Below, piece after piece: positions 14,231 through 28,580 of a stretch of DNA of 64,000 nt (within the stretch, counting starts at the first letter, position 1; every line of letters begins with the position of its first letter). This DNA comes from the human T2T-CHM13v2.0 reference genome, Homo sapiens. The notes under the pieces were generated by a model. The model had not been told where the DNA came from. It ran no database searches and worked only from the letters and a program-made list of their open reading frames with translations. A program made the position numbers and the translations under genes. The DNA lies in NCBI RefSeq assembly GCF_009914755.1, contig NC_060928.1; one strand, 5' to 3'.

Positions 14231-14534
14231 GGCTGGGCACGGTGGCCGCGCCTGTATTCCCAGCATTTTGGGAGGCTGAAGTGGGTGGATCATTTGAGGT
14301 CAGGAGTTCAAGACCAGCCTGTTCAATACAGTGAAACCCCGCCTTTACTAAAAATACAACAATTAGCCGGGCATGGTGGTGGGTGCCTGTAGTCCCAAGC
14401 TACTTAGGAGGCTGAGGCAGGAGAATTGCTTGAACCCGGGAGGCAGAGGTTGCAGTGAGCAGAGATTGCACCACTGTACTTCAGCCTGAGAAACAGCCAG
14501 ACTCCGTCTCCAAAAAAAAAAAAAAAAAGAAAGG
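14231..14534 (+). mobile_element. AluS, full length
   Basis: Dimer with long A tail; TSD aagaaatatttt at 14219-14230 and 14535-14546. Confidence 0.97.
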
Positions 14535-14548
14535 AAGAAATATTTTGG

Positions 14549-14854
14549 GGCCAGGAACAGTCACTCACACCTGTAATCCCAGCACTTTGGGAGACCAAGG
14601 CAGGCAGATTGCTTGAGCCCAGGAGTTTGAGACGAGCCTGGGCAACATAGCAAAACCCTGTCTCTACGAAAAAAATATATACATATATAGTGGGGCATGG
14701 TGGTGCACGCCTGTAGTCCCAGCTACTTGGGAAGCTGAGGTGGGAGGATCACCTAAGCCTAAGAAGTTGAGGTTTCAGTGAGCCATGATCACACCACTGC
14801 ATTCAACCTGGGTGAGACCCTATTGCAAAAAAAAAAAGTTGAATTAAAATAAAC
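14549..14854 (+). mobile_element. AluJ
   Basis: J diagnostics gattgcttgagcccaggagtttgag and gggaggatcacc; TSD aagaaatattttgg at 14535-14548 and 14855-14868. Confidence 0.92.
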
Positions 14855-16004
14855 AAGAAATATTTTGGGTTATTATTAAGGAAGAAACCAGAATGTTCCC
14901 TCTTTCTGGTGGCTTTTATCATGATGTAATGCTTTGAGGAAATTCTTGTTATTCATGGCTTTTAGAAGGTTTTCTCATGACTGGTCCATCTTGAATTCAG
15001 GGCACTTAGCAATGAAAGACTTTTCTGTGTGACAAAACATAATATGCTCCTTCAGCCATGATGACAAAGAGAAAGATGTTCATTTGCTTTCTAAAAGTTT
15101 AGAGTGGGCCCTAAGAAATTATCTTGTCCAAATTCCCTTCAATGTGAGCAACCACTAAACAATGTCCAAGACAGGCATCCAACCTCTGCAGTAACTCATC
15201 TTTAAAGTAAATTTCCTACCTCAAAAGATAGTCGTTTCTGTTAGACTTATTGACAGAAATGTTTTCCCTTGTATGAAGAAAATTCTGCCTTCCTGATCCC
15301 AAATTGTCCTACTTGAGATACGAGGAATATCTAATTGGTCTTTAATGACAGAGCTATTAGAAATATTTGAGAATAGTTGCCATGCCTATACTGCCCAAGA
15401 GGGAAAACAACAAAACATTTTTCTTTTCCAGGCTACATATTTTCAGTTCTATCACCATGTTTTCCAGGTCTACTAGAATCTTGTAAAAGTTCACACTTGT
15501 TGATGTAATGGTTCAATACATGTAAATTCACTTCACTGCTGCCAACGTTTCTCCAACTTGTCTCCAAGGGCAGCATGAAATAGTCCATCCAGTATATCAG
15601 GTACCCAGGCCCTAATACATGACTCTGTCAACTATAAAAATCAAGTTAATTTCTAGAGAATTTATGCAGGTTCCTAGCTATCATGCTTCCTTTTGCTAAA
15701 TAGAAATAATCGATTCAGCAGTTTATTCAATTTTGCAAGTTGATTATATTTTTCAGAATCCACCTCTATTCTGTCTTTGTGATTGTGGAGAAATTATTTT
15801 TGCACTGCCAGTCTTCCTCAGATAGAGCTTCACAATTCCTTAAAGACTTCTAGAACTAAGAGTTTTAATCACCATCAATGGAATTCTTGCCTAGACTTAT
15901 TAGTGAGAACTGACATTCTCTATTTTCCATCTATGGTATACATCAATTTCCAAAATGCTTAAAATAAATACATATATACAGCAGCGGGGAAATTCACAGG
16001 CTAA

Positions 16005-16301
<297 letters not shown>

Positions 16302-16819
16302 ACAATCATCCATTTTATTCTCTCAGAAACCACTATGTTCCACAGACATATCAGTTTGAATTCAGTAATTCCTCATCCAGGGCCAATATCTAGCCTTCAA
16401 ATGTCCCTAGGCATGGATAGCAATAGCCGTGACCCATTGCCAAGGACCTCAAGTTAGGCACTTCAGACATGAAAGATCCTCTGACATGGGCCAAAGGTGA
16501 GATCCTTATGAGCTGGTTCTGCAGTCCAGAAGTGTGAGGCATAGCCCATGCTAAAATGGGGAAAATTCTACCTCTTTGCTACAGAGAGTTGTAACACTGT
16601 CACATGAAAGTGGAATGCTTTCTATAGATTTACTGATAGTACCTTCCATTGTTCTTCCAAGGCACACAGTGCAGAACTTGCAGACTCTCTTTCTTGTATA
16701 AGAATGTGAGAAAGTACTGATAACAACACCGTGTGAAAGTCAGTGGTTCTTAGGCAACAAATATAACTTTCTGCTAAATTTAGGCTTAGAATAAAATCAG
16801 AAAAAAGTACAAATAATCA

Positions 16820-17210
16820 TAAATTCATCAAGCTAGAAAAAACCATAGAGACAATTCAACTTATTTTTACAAAAAAGGAAACCTAAGCTATACAGTCTAA
16901 ATGACTTACCCAGTGTCACCACTAGCTAACTTAACAGCTACTACTAGAATCTGGGGTTGCTGACTCATCATTCCATGTTAGTCTTTCTTTCACACGTGAT
17001 GAAGGGGAAATTAACAGTTGTTAAATGTCTACTGCTATGGGTCAGGCACTTTGCTAGGAAATTTACATATCTTCTAACCCATTTAATCCTTATTTCAAGC
17101 CTATGAAATATGTAATTTTTACAAATGAGATGATTCAGGCTCATAGAGGTTAAGCAGTTTTCCTAAGTTTACACAGCAAATAGGAGTAAGAAAGCAGAGC
17201 TAAGAATTCC
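16820..17210 (-). mobile_element. Two adjacent MIR fragments
   Basis: ttttacaaaaaaggaaacctaag...tgacttacccagtgtcac, and ttttacaaatgagatgattcaggctcatagaggttaagcagttttcctaag. Confidence 0.7.
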
Positions 17211-18667
17211 CACGATTCCATGGAGATTTTCACCTCCCATTCTACTTAGAGAAGACACATTCTCTAGTGGTTAAGGAATAATCATACTCAAATAGGGAAA
17301 AAACCTTCAGAGAGTACAATTACTTCTTCCCTAAAACACGACAATGCAGCTGGTAAGTGAATATCGCAAAGCCAAAACATCACTGACCTTTACCAGTCCT
17401 TACAGCAAGTCTTATTTCAAAACACGTTCAGGACACTGGGTCAAACAAAATCACTCCAGGTCTGCCTCACACAGATAGACTTGTGCCTGCACAAGGGTGC
17501 CCAGTGGAGAGTGTGAGTAAGGCTAAGATCAAGCCTCTGTTCATAAAGCCGTGGACCCAGGCTTGGGTTGACTAATGTGGAGGAAGAGGGGCTCCTTCTC
17601 CTTGGTGGGCATAGAAGCTTCACTTTATTAACACAAAGGAGATAACAACAGATTGAGGATCAACTTACTTGATGCCTAGAATAAACTATTAGCTTTTATC
17701 AGAACCTTATTGATGGCACTAATTGACCTTCAAAATTTTAGCATCCCACTTGGGTTAAATTTCATTGAGGGTTAGGGTTACCTTAACCTATTCAAAATTT
17801 GAAAGTAAAGATAATCTATTTTACACAAAACTCTTTCCACATAAGTTTTGACCCAATATTAGTAATTCTACATTTAATCAAAATCAGTAAAGCATGAAAT
17901 TGATTTCCCACAGAAAAATGGACTGGTCAAACTGAGAATTTAATATAGAATATAAGCTTAGAAGGATAACTTTGGGGGTTTTCTCCACTTTCACCTCTAA
18001 GTTTAATTAGATACTGTTCATTCTCCCTTTTATTCTCTCCCATCCCTATTAGGACAACTCCAGAGCCTGGAATATCCATTTGGTAGAGTGGGAGAACTTT
18101 GTTCATTCCCTGCTTCTCAAGTCAAGTCAATATTCTCACAAATTTTGCATGATCTCCATGCAATTGCTACAAATCTTCCTCCTTTTCTCCTCAAAAAATC
18201 AAATTGATGCATAAAAATACCAAAAGATGTGCTCCTTGACCTCAGCCTCCAACCACATAATTCTCTATGATTGAGGTTTCAAAACTGAAGTTTCAAACAT
18301 TTGAGGGATTAGATTAGAATCTATGTTCATCAGTTTAGTCTAAAGACAAGTTCCAGGAGAGTTAACTAGGTCTTCAGCTCTCCACAACCACAACCACAGA
18401 TCTTGCCGGAACTTCTCATTATTCCAGAAGCCCCTCAATTAAACTGGCCAAAGAATCTATTTCATGAAACCTATGTAGTATGTAATACGAAAACTAACAT
18501 CTGTTTAGCACTTCACCGTATGTAAAGCCCTCACTATATTATCTAATTAACTCTATGTAATAATCCCTTCAAATGGGTTAAAGTAGATACTGTGGTTTTC
18601 TAATTTTGCAAATAGAGTGAGAACCAAAGAAATGAAGGGACTATCGTGATGAATAAGAGACAAAATC

Positions 18668-18795
18668 AGGACTCAAATCAATGCCTTCATTCATTCATTC
18701 AGATTTCAAATCTTAGCTTTAATCAATGGTCTCATAGGACTCAAGTTAATGCCTTCTTTCATTCATTCAGACTTTGAATCCTAGGGTTAATCAAT
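18668..18795. repeat. Diverged tandem duplication, period 68 bp
   Basis: aggactcaaatcaatgccttcattcattcattcag... at 18668 and aggactcaagttaatgccttctttcattcattcag... at 18736. Confidence 0.9.
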
Positions 18796-20773
18796 AATTT
18801 TCTTTTACTCTCCTTGTAAGAGAAACTTAGGCACCCGCTAAGTGAAGTAGTTTTGTCAATTAATGTTTCATAGTGAGTTCATAATAAGAGCAGGAAAGGA
18901 AACAGATTGCCTTGCTCCCCATACTGTGTTCTTATCATTAGACCAAACTAGAGCTGATAGGTTGAAAATGTCAGCTTTCAGTTACTAATGAAGGGAAATG
19001 TCAACAATGCCAGCTTCTGGTCTGTTTATAACAAGATCTAATTCAATATTTAACAACTGCAAAAGGACAAAATGTTTAGGGAAAAGACTGTCAAACTTTT
19101 AAATGGTGTCCTAATCTACAGAAGGTGAGAATAAAGGAGCAGAAAATGGCTCAAGTGTTTAAAAAACTAATCAAAATATTGAATAAGATCAATCTCCTTT
19201 GAAAGCCCAGAATAAACACTCACTGAAGATTTTTTAAATGTAAAGTAAAATAGTATAACATGGGCAGAGATGTTCCAAAGCAAAGTTGTAAATTACCCAT
19301 CTCTCCTTTTGAAGCCCCCTCCCCCATTGCTTGGCTCTGGAGGCCCCTGGCTGCCCTGAGCCCCCAGTCTCCAGGGAAATCACATCTGACAAAGAAATTC
19401 TCCGTAAGGGGTGGCAACAATCTCTTTTCCTTTGTCAGGGTCAGAAATGACTGCTTCTTTCTTCCCTCTCCCTATGGGTGTGATCTTTACCTCAACAGGA
19501 TGTTCCCTATGACTTTCTCCTTCATTTAACAGTGAAAATGACATTAATAAAATTAATCCTTAAATTAGCAATCCCTGTTAATTATTCTACTGTACCTCCC
19601 TGCTTTTCTTCAGTTTGTCTTGGTCTCTTGAGATCTCTGGGTTCCTGGGATAGCTTGGGCTTTGAGATCTCATCTTTCTGGTTCCTGACCATGTATCCAG
19701 CTTCTTGAACCACTTTTTTTCTCACTGCGACTTCTGTAAGGGCCATTCAATCATAGGTAGCCTGGTAGGTTATGTGCACTATTTTAAAAGATGGTGAGAC
19801 CTGTTCATCCATCCTGAAAGAGGTGTTCACTCTTGCATACCAGCCACTCAGGACCATGGTCTCTCTGGAACTCCAGAATGCACTGCTCTTCTCTACCCAA
19901 ACCTTACGGTGACTTTTGTTCTAACTATCCTCTGTGTTTCTTTGGTAACATCGCCTCTTGAATTTTGGACTTCTGATCTCATTCTTGGTCTTGCTTCACT
20001 GCTGCCAGGATAGACAGCTCCTCCGTAGTCAGGCTAGGGCTTGAATTCTTCATGCCAACCACCCCTAGACCTCCAGTACCACCCAATAGTTAAAGATAAA
20101 ACAGCACCACCTAAGACATAGCAATGGCTGCCTATGTGTTGAACTGTGAAGTTCATGAATGGATTGATGACTGTTTTTCGTAGGGGTTTTTTTGGTCCAT
20201 TTACCTGTTATATCAACTATTATCCACTTTGTTCTGCTTCCCCAACTGGTGTCCTGAGTCTGTCTGTCTGTCTAATGTGTGAGGGTAATTTGCTGTGTCC
20301 CTTCCCTACCCTTAAGATGTGACTTGACTTCATCTCATTTATTCCTTAGCTGGGCATTTTCATGGGTTCTGTCCTCTAGGATATAATGCCCCACTCTCTT
20401 CTTTCTGGCTCCCCATTCTTCTTTAACTGAAATCTTGCTCCCTTTAGCTAAGGGAGAAACTTCCATGCACCTGTGAAAATAACTGTCACAGCCCCCTTCC
20501 CAGCACCTGAAGTTCAGCAATATTGACTCTGCCCCAATAACATGATACCAGAGCATGGCAGAATTAAACAGAATGTTCTGCCATTCACCTACTCTTCCTC
20601 CTCCCTCCCTGCAGACAGGGATATAGGCCCGAGGCCTATATATTAGCTTCATTTCACTTCATTTTCTCACCCAAAGCTTCATTGCTAAAATATCACCTTC
20701 AGCTCTGCTCTCCTCTTTGCTTTCCTTCTCAATTCAACAACTCTTCTTTTTTCCTAATCATTTCAACATCAGT

Positions 20774-20896
20774 ATTAGAATGTAAACTCCATAAGGGCAG
20801 GGAGCTCTGCTTTCTTCCATTTAGTCAGTGCTGTGTCACTAGCATCTAGTCTCTGTGCATAAAAGACACTCAACAATATTTATTGAATGGATGAAA
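20774..20896 (+). mobile_element. L2 3' end
   Basis: tagaatgtaaactccataagggcaggg...cactcaacaatatttattgaatggatgaa. Confidence 0.75.
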
Positions 20897-21766
20897 TAAA
20901 TATTAAGATTGGAAGAAGTGGTCAGATAAGGTTGTGTATATTTGAAAAAGGGATGACAGTTTTTCAGAAAAGGATGCTAGCTGCAGAGAATGTTGTGGCA
21001 GGACTGAGCACAATTATCTGTAGGGTGTGACCCACAGAGCAGCCTAAATGGAGCATAAATTCTGATAGGGGAGTGGTAGAAAGTAAAGAAGAAAAGGAAG
21101 AAATGAAGAAGACAGCAGAAGGCATTTATCCAGTATGTAGAAAGAACAAAGATGATAAATAAATCTTTTAGAAAAAATAGAAGGCATTCCTGAAGTCCTT
21201 TACACCATGAATGAAAATTAAAATCATTTTTAAAACCACAACCTAGGAGATAACATCTTTAACAAGGGGGCCAGGAGATGATATTGATCTTCAGTTCTGT
21301 CCTTTTCTAACAAATAACAAGATGCTATGAGCATCTTGTGCTGTCTAGATTCTAGACTCCACCTAGAGCCCAAGCTGTTGGGGGCAATGGGCTTCAAGAG
21401 AGTTCACCAAAAATCCATGCTCGAGAGCAGGGCTGGGAAGGGCCAGTGGGCTTGTTGGCGAGTATAATCTTAGAACTCATATGTGTAGACTATGCCCTTA
21501 GAATGGGAGGGCATAACAAGCCTGAACAATATGTATAGCTCTAAAGTCTAGCGAAGAAAACTAAGCCTTACATGTGGTGTGCCGTTGAAGCCTGCAGTAT
21601 TTATATTTAAAGAAATGATGAAAACTGTAATCTGTGTCCAGGGGTCAGCGAGCAGTCTCTAGTCCTGAATTACTCTCTAGTCCTGAATTACTCTGTTACT
21701 CTGCCACAGAGAAAGAACAGAGTTGGCCACAAGGGCTTTCAGTCAGAACCTGACTTCCATGGTATA

Positions 21767-21950
21767 GTGTGTGTGTGTGTGAGTGTGTGTGTGTGTGTGT
21801 TTGTGTGTGTGTGTTCATGTGTGTGTGTGCACATATATGTTATAATAATAAATTGGGATCAGGTTATTTATATATATTTATATTATTTATATGTGTATGT
21901 GAGTATATATATTATTTATGGTGTATGTCAATGTGTCTGTGTATGTGTAA
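21767..21950. repeat. Interrupted (TG)n followed by TA/TG low-complexity sequence
   Basis: Direct reading. Confidence 0.9.
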
Positions 21951-22451
21951 ATTTTGCTTGTAAATTGCTTCAAATGTAAGTTGCTTTTTTAAACAAAGTG
22001 GATACATATAAATAATAGGAGTGAAAAAGAAACAAAATCTGGCTTTGAGTCTATGCTGCTGTCTTCTCAGTGGGGCTGATTTTGTTCAGGATCACTCGTG
22101 GAGGTAGGTGAGATTGGCTTCAGGTGAGAAGGCTTCAGAAATGAGAGAATTCCCTATCTCAATCCTCTAACAAAGTCAGAGCAAAACTTTTTAAAAATAA
22201 AACAGTACCGCACATACTCCCCTGATGTAAATAGAGTTGAGTGACACTAGAAAAGTAACAGACTTTCATGAGCTTATATGTGACAGAAGTCATTAGTCTT
22301 TACTGTTTGCTGCTTGGATTATTTATTTGGATCTAAGCTCAGTATCTGAAGTGAGGCTACATCCACAGAGGCACTGGTTTTGACAAGATCATCACTCCCG
22401 CCTTCAACAAAATAATCAAGAAATGACTATGATGCTAAATCGGTGGGACAA

Positions 22452-22488
22452 TTCTTTTTTCTTTTTTTTTTTTTTTTTGGTTATCTTT

Positions 22489-22542
<54 letters not shown>

Positions 22543-22556
22543 TTTCTTTCCTTTTT
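22452..22556. repeat. Poly-T plus (TTTC)n polypyrimidine tract
   Basis: Direct reading. Confidence 0.95.
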
Positions 22557-25381
22557 GGTCTAATACTTCTTGGTATAGATCCACCTGGAAATACATTTAA
22601 GAGAAAGAAATGTCTGTTTTTGTGTCCTGGAGTGCCAATGAAAATGAGACAAAATGGAGTCTTGCGGGAGGGAGGGAGATTATATGGCATAATTCAGTGG
22701 AAAGGCTGAGGCCAGGCTGCCAGTGGAAAGGCTCGTGCTGGTTGGCCACTCCAGGTTGCAAATTCTGATTCAAAAGTGACCTTGAGGGCACCTTCCCACT
22801 CCAGCCTTCTTCACTGATGGAGCTCGATGGTAACACAAAGATGTTTGCCGTTTCTGTGTCTTCCTCCAGCATGTTAGCGTGTTTTTCTATCAGTGGGAAC
22901 TAGGTTGGAAGCCCCAGACTCTGCCCAGATCCTGCTTCTGGGATTGAGGTGAGCCAGGGCAGGAGAGCAGGAGCTTAGGATCTCCCAGCCTGCACTGGAT
23001 TGGTGGGAAAACTCATCCAAGGCCTTCCAGAAGTGGTACACAAAGGGAGAAATTGAGCAAAGTGGTGGATAAGGTAAAAGTACACATGAGAGAAAGAATG
23101 ATTACATCACAAGCCACAAAAAAAAAGAAAGCAGGTTTGAATACCATGTAAGAGGAGGGAAACTGTAGGGGAAAGCTGTGCGTAGCTGAGAGAACTGGGA
23201 TTTGCACATACAGAAGCTAGTGTGGGATCAGGCCATATTTCCCTCCTCCCCACATTTATCCCCCAGCCATTCCACCAATTTAAAGTTAATGAAGAATACA
23301 GCCTAGCTAAATGTTTTTTCCTTTGCTTAACACTGCTCCAAGAATTTACATTTTAACTTTTTGTAGTAATAGAAACCATCTCATAGATGATAATTGTAGC
23401 ATATGGAGCAGGTTTGAAACATACAGTTACAACTCAAGTGGGCATGAATGTAACTTTTTTTTATCTCCATAAATGAGCCTTGCAAAGCCCTGGAGTCCTG
23501 CTTCCACCGTGAGCAGCAGGCTGGCTCCCAACACATTTGGGCCCAGGACAAGAGTGCAAATGAAGGCTCAGGTGGCATATGGCTAAGTATTTGGAAGTTT
23601 ATAAACTGAGCTAGCAAACTACTGGGTTCTGCTCTGTCCTCCTTTCTTGATCAATATACCTTCAAAACAATCCAGAGAGTAGGGATGCATGGAGAATTGC
23701 TCCTTAGCGTCCGTTCAGCTGTTGCAGCACCTGCGGACAGGCAGGACTGTAGCCCACAGCCCACACCTTCCCTTCCTAATTGTTCTGTGCCTCCACAGCC
23801 CATGGGCACACACGATGCAGGTGGACAAGGAAGCCCACACATCTAATTCCTTCTACAAAAATAGCCATCCTTTGCCCAACCCCCAGCCCTAAGGATATAA
23901 ATTCCAAACCACGGGAAAGCAGCCCATGGAAAAAGAATCAAATAATAATGGAATGACTCAGGCATTTGAAGCAGGCTCAGAATCCTTTGTGCAGGGAATA
24001 ATGCAGTCTGGAAAACCCAGTTCACAAAAGGTGTGCAGCCTGTGGGGATGGGGGGAACGGGACATCCCTTTAGCCTCCAGACTACCCATCCCGTAGGGAG
24101 AGGAACATCCAAAGAAGACCAGAGCACGGCCCTCTTTCCTGAATCTCAGGTCACTGGACAGCAGTGAGCCCCTGATGATCTCACCAATTAAATGTGTATT
24201 TCTTCTGATCCAGAACTTGGTCTCTTATGGGTAGATTCTCAGTAAATTCCCAATTCAAACTCAGTCAATTCAAAAGTCTAACTCCATGCCGGGATTATTT
24301 TCCTTTCCAAACTGCTCTGCTCACCTTTCCTCCATTCTCCTCCACTCTCAGGATGGCATCTTGATCATGGGCCAAGTCACAGTGGGGGGCAGGTGTCATC
24401 TGATGCTTTATCTTTCTCAGCTAGCCTCAGCTAGTTTCAGATTGGATGCAGCAGACCTTTCAAAAGAGGCTTTGTCCTCACTTGATAGAGTGCCCACAGA
24501 TGTCATGTCTCCATCTGCTCTCTTGCATGGTAGGGTCACTCTCCCACTGACTCAGCTCTACTTAAGTTCTAAGATCTGGCTAAGGACTAGTCCAAGAGGC
24601 CCGGTTGCAGGCTTTTACTGAGCCCTAGCTTTGGTTTGTTCAGCCGCAAATCTCAGAGATGAGTCCCTTCACCCTGCTTCATAGTGCAGGTTCTCTAGCT
24701 TTCAACTCTCATCTGGTCCCTTCCCTCCAACAGGCAAGAATTCCACCCTTTGCGGGTTACAGAGAACCAAGAGGCCCTATCTCAGACTCTGTCTGCCTAA
24801 CCACACCATGCCACTCATTCTATTATAATGAGCTTCCTCATGTTGGCATAGAGCATGTTACTTAGAGGTATCTGCAAACCATGAATTCTAGGGAGGAAGT
24901 GGGGACAATCCCTCTATGTTCTGGAATCCTAAAGCTGATCTGGAGTCTTTGTCTCCCTACCACACTCCACCCACCACAATCCATTAGAACTGGGCCAAAA
25001 CCTCCCAACTTTGATTTGTTGGAACCAACACCTCATGTTCCCGCTTTCAACAAATCATTGCTCTTGCAAATGAAAGCTCTGTTTCTTCGATACTATGTTA
25101 TTTTGAAAGCCAAGCTGAGCAGTGACTTTCCTATTCTTGGTGGTGCACTGCCTTCCTCTAAAGCAAAAGAAGCCTGAGCTTCCATGGGTGGAAAGCCAAA
25201 TGCAACAAGAAAAATAAAGAAGAAAAATTTTATCAATAATACTTTCTTTCAAAAATACTATCTCACTATACAAGTTTTTTTTCACTGCATTCTTTAAGTG
25301 GTAGAGCAAGGAATAAAAAATAAGCAGCCTTCTGCTTGCACTTTAGACATTGAAGGAAGAAAGGAAAGGCAATTCTGCTTA

Positions 25382-25753
<372 letters not shown>

Positions 25754-26109
25754 TCAATTGCTTTCCCTGCACCCCACGTCCCACAGGGAGGGAAACCTGC
25801 CTGTCATCCTATGCCTCCCCTCACTCAGGGGCCACAGTCAGCCCTGCTGTCAGGGAAGGACCATTTCCATCAAGGTATTCCACACCACATACCCAGACAC
25901 AGGATCCTATGAGCCTACCAGTCTTTTCTTCAAATGTATGATCTGATCACCATCATGTGTTAAATTAGCATAAAAAAAGAGAAAAAAACAGAATAAACCA
26001 ACAGAACCTAGAAGAAACAAAGATACTTATTTTAAATAATCAAATTATCCTCATCCACAATCTAGAACAGTTTCTGTGTAGAAAGGGAACAAGTACAATT
26101 CTCATGTAT

Positions 26110-26245
26110 TTAAAATATGATAACTAAAAGAAAAGATTCAATGGATGAACCAAATAATAGAAGGAACCAGGCTAAAGTCCACGCTGGCAATCTGGAGGAG
26201 AAAGTCAAGGAAATCCCTCATGCTATAAAGCAAAAAAGATGGAAC
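26110..26245 (+). mobile_element. Ancient L1/HAL1 ORF1-like relic
   Basis: ttcaatggatgaacc...ctggaggagaaagtcaaggaaatcc resembles L1M ORF1 coiled-coil DNA. Confidence 0.4.
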
Positions 26246-26254
26246 CAAAATCTG

Positions 26255-26520
26255 GGCTATTTTCCTAGGGCTTCCATAACAAAGTACTACAAACTGAGAG
26301 GCTTGAAGTAAGTGAAACTTGTCTCACAGTCCTGGAGGGCAAGAAGTCCTAAGTCAAGGTGTCGGCGGAGCTATGCATGCTCCCTCTGAAACACTGGGGA
26401 AGGATCTGTTCCAAGCCTCTCTTAGCTTCTCCAAGCTGCATGCATTCCTTGGCTTGTGGAAGCATCGCTCTGGTGTACTCCCGTGCCTTCACATCCTCTC
26501 CCTTCTGTATGTGTATGAGA
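26255..26520 (-). mobile_element. MLT1 (MaLR) LTR fragment, MLT1C-like
   Basis: ttcctagggcttccataacaaagtactacaaactg...tctcacagtcctggagg...aagtcaaggtgtcggc. Confidence 0.8.
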
Positions 26521-27843
26521 TGCAACCTGAGAAAGAAGAGTTACAACACAGGACAAAGGCATGCAAGATATTCGCCATCCACCTACATGCACTCTTCGGA
26601 GCGCAAAACACAGACAGGAGAGGAAGAGAGGCAGGGTTCAGATCCACAAGGATGTCAGCAGAGAGCGTGTCTGCCTGTTCCTGGCTGGAACTTCACACAG
26701 TGACTCCTCATGGTACCTACTATTTGTTGGATGAAGGAAAGAGTTTGGAGTCAGTATTGGTAGGGATACTCTGGGCTATATCTTTCTTTCTACCCATCCT
26801 TTGGCACCTCATTGCTTCAGGTTCTGGAATCTGATATCCATGTTTGAGCAGCACAATGAAAGAAGAAGGTAAAATATTTACTAGAAAGTAAATGGGGATG
26901 CAGGGCATGGGATCTGTAGTAGGAAGATTCCTCTTGCCTCTAGAAGGAGAAAATACACCAAAGAACTTCAAATGCGTATTTAGACACAAGTGAATTGGAA
27001 TAACCTAAATTGCAAGTATTTATTCACCATAATTGAACATTTTGCAACTCACTGTCTTTTCTGAAAACAAAATGCAGTAGACATAGCCTTTAAGTAATAG
27101 ATTTCTAACTTCCTGATGTACTTCCAACCTTTGCTTCTTGGTATCTAAAAGTTTAACTAGGCACATCCTGCAAACTACTTCTTGGCTCCTGAGACATAAA
27201 ATTCATCTTGGTCTGATGAATACTTTCTTCCAGTTTTATTTGAGAAATTCCCTAGAAGATATGGATAATTTTAAAAGTCTGAGAAACGAAATCAAAGGAA
27301 ATCTAATTCCACAAAGAATGCTGAGTCTAAAAAATAAATTATAATTCTGGAAGATTGAAATAACTCTTTGAAAGACAATATCCCCATAAGTATACATATA
27401 TCTAGAATGTGTATTCAAATAAATTCCACCGAAAGCCTATTTTTCTCATCTGAGGTCACACCATAGCCCAAATAATTTTATCTTAGCTAACATAATATAG
27501 TGAATTTAAAGTAACAACTAAAAATTCATTAAGATGAATGCACATAGTAAAATAGATAAAGAGAATTTTTCCTAAAGATGCTCTTTTGTTTTATACTTTT
27601 GACATGGCAGAGATAAAGGAATTCTTATATATAATCAGGGCCAAACTTTACAGTTTGAAAAAATATATGCGAATGGCTGATAGTAAAAAGATGACCAATA
27701 GAGCAAATCTTTAGAAAGATTCTATTTTTAAATTCAGAATTATTGTAGAAATCTAGGCCAGAATGGGACTGCTATTGCTTGTGATGCTGAAGTGAGCCTA
27801 AAATATTAAAAACGACAGTTTACTCAAACTTTTGTTTGTGTTA

Positions 27844-27862
27844 TACTGCCACCTTCTGGTAA
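27844..27862 (-). promoter_or_regulatory. Candidate CTCF site
   Basis: Minus strand TTACCAGAAGGTGGCAGTA closely matches the CTCF core CCASYAGRKGGCRS; lies outside any repeat I recognise. Confidence 0.55.
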
Positions 27863-28278
27863 AAAAGTGAATTGTTTTTAAAAGAAAACGGACAAAAGGT
27901 CAAAATCTTTGTTTTTGCAAAGGAGGCTTTAACTCCTAAATTAAAGGTAATGTACACAGGGAATCAAGAGGAATAACATCCAGGCCGGATGCCCAACGTG
28001 TCCCTAGTTGAGAGGTATGAAATAAACCCTAACTGTAAGGTCATCAAGCAGCCACACCGTGGCATTATTTATAGGTGAGTAGATTGATTGAGAAAATCTT
28101 TCTGGTCTCTCCTCTAACTGAACTCCCATGAAGGGAGTGCACTGTCACTCTCCATTGTGTAAGATGTGGGGACCAGAGAAAGAGATCTCAGAGATTCTCA
28201 AGGGTAGGTTAAAAAGGTATGTGGAGATAAATGTCTGGGGCCTAAAGTAGATATGAACAGAAAACAAGATTCACAATC

Positions 28279-28580
28279 AGGCGGGAGCAGTAGCGCACGC
28301 CTGTAATCCCAACACGTTGAGAGGCTGAGGCAGGTAGATCACTTGAGGTCATGAGCTTGAGACCAGCCTGACCGACATGGTGAAACCCTGTCTCTATGAA
28401 AATACAAAAATTAACAGGGCATGGTGGCACATGCTTGTAATCTCAGCTACTGACGAGGCTGAGGCAAGAGAAAAGCTTGAACCCAGGAGGCGGAGGTTGC
28501 AGTGAGCGGAGATCGCACCACTGCACTCCAGCCTGGGTGACAGAATGAGACTCCCTCTCAAAAAAAAAAAAAAAAAAAAA
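28279..28580 (+). mobile_element. AluS, full length
   Basis: Dimer with A tail; degenerate TSD aagattcacaatc / aagattcagagtc. Confidence 0.96.

Noticed and set aside
26319-26834. Longest ORF in the track (171 aa)
   Set aside because: Non-ATG start, runs through an antisense MLT1 LTR, no recognisable domain.
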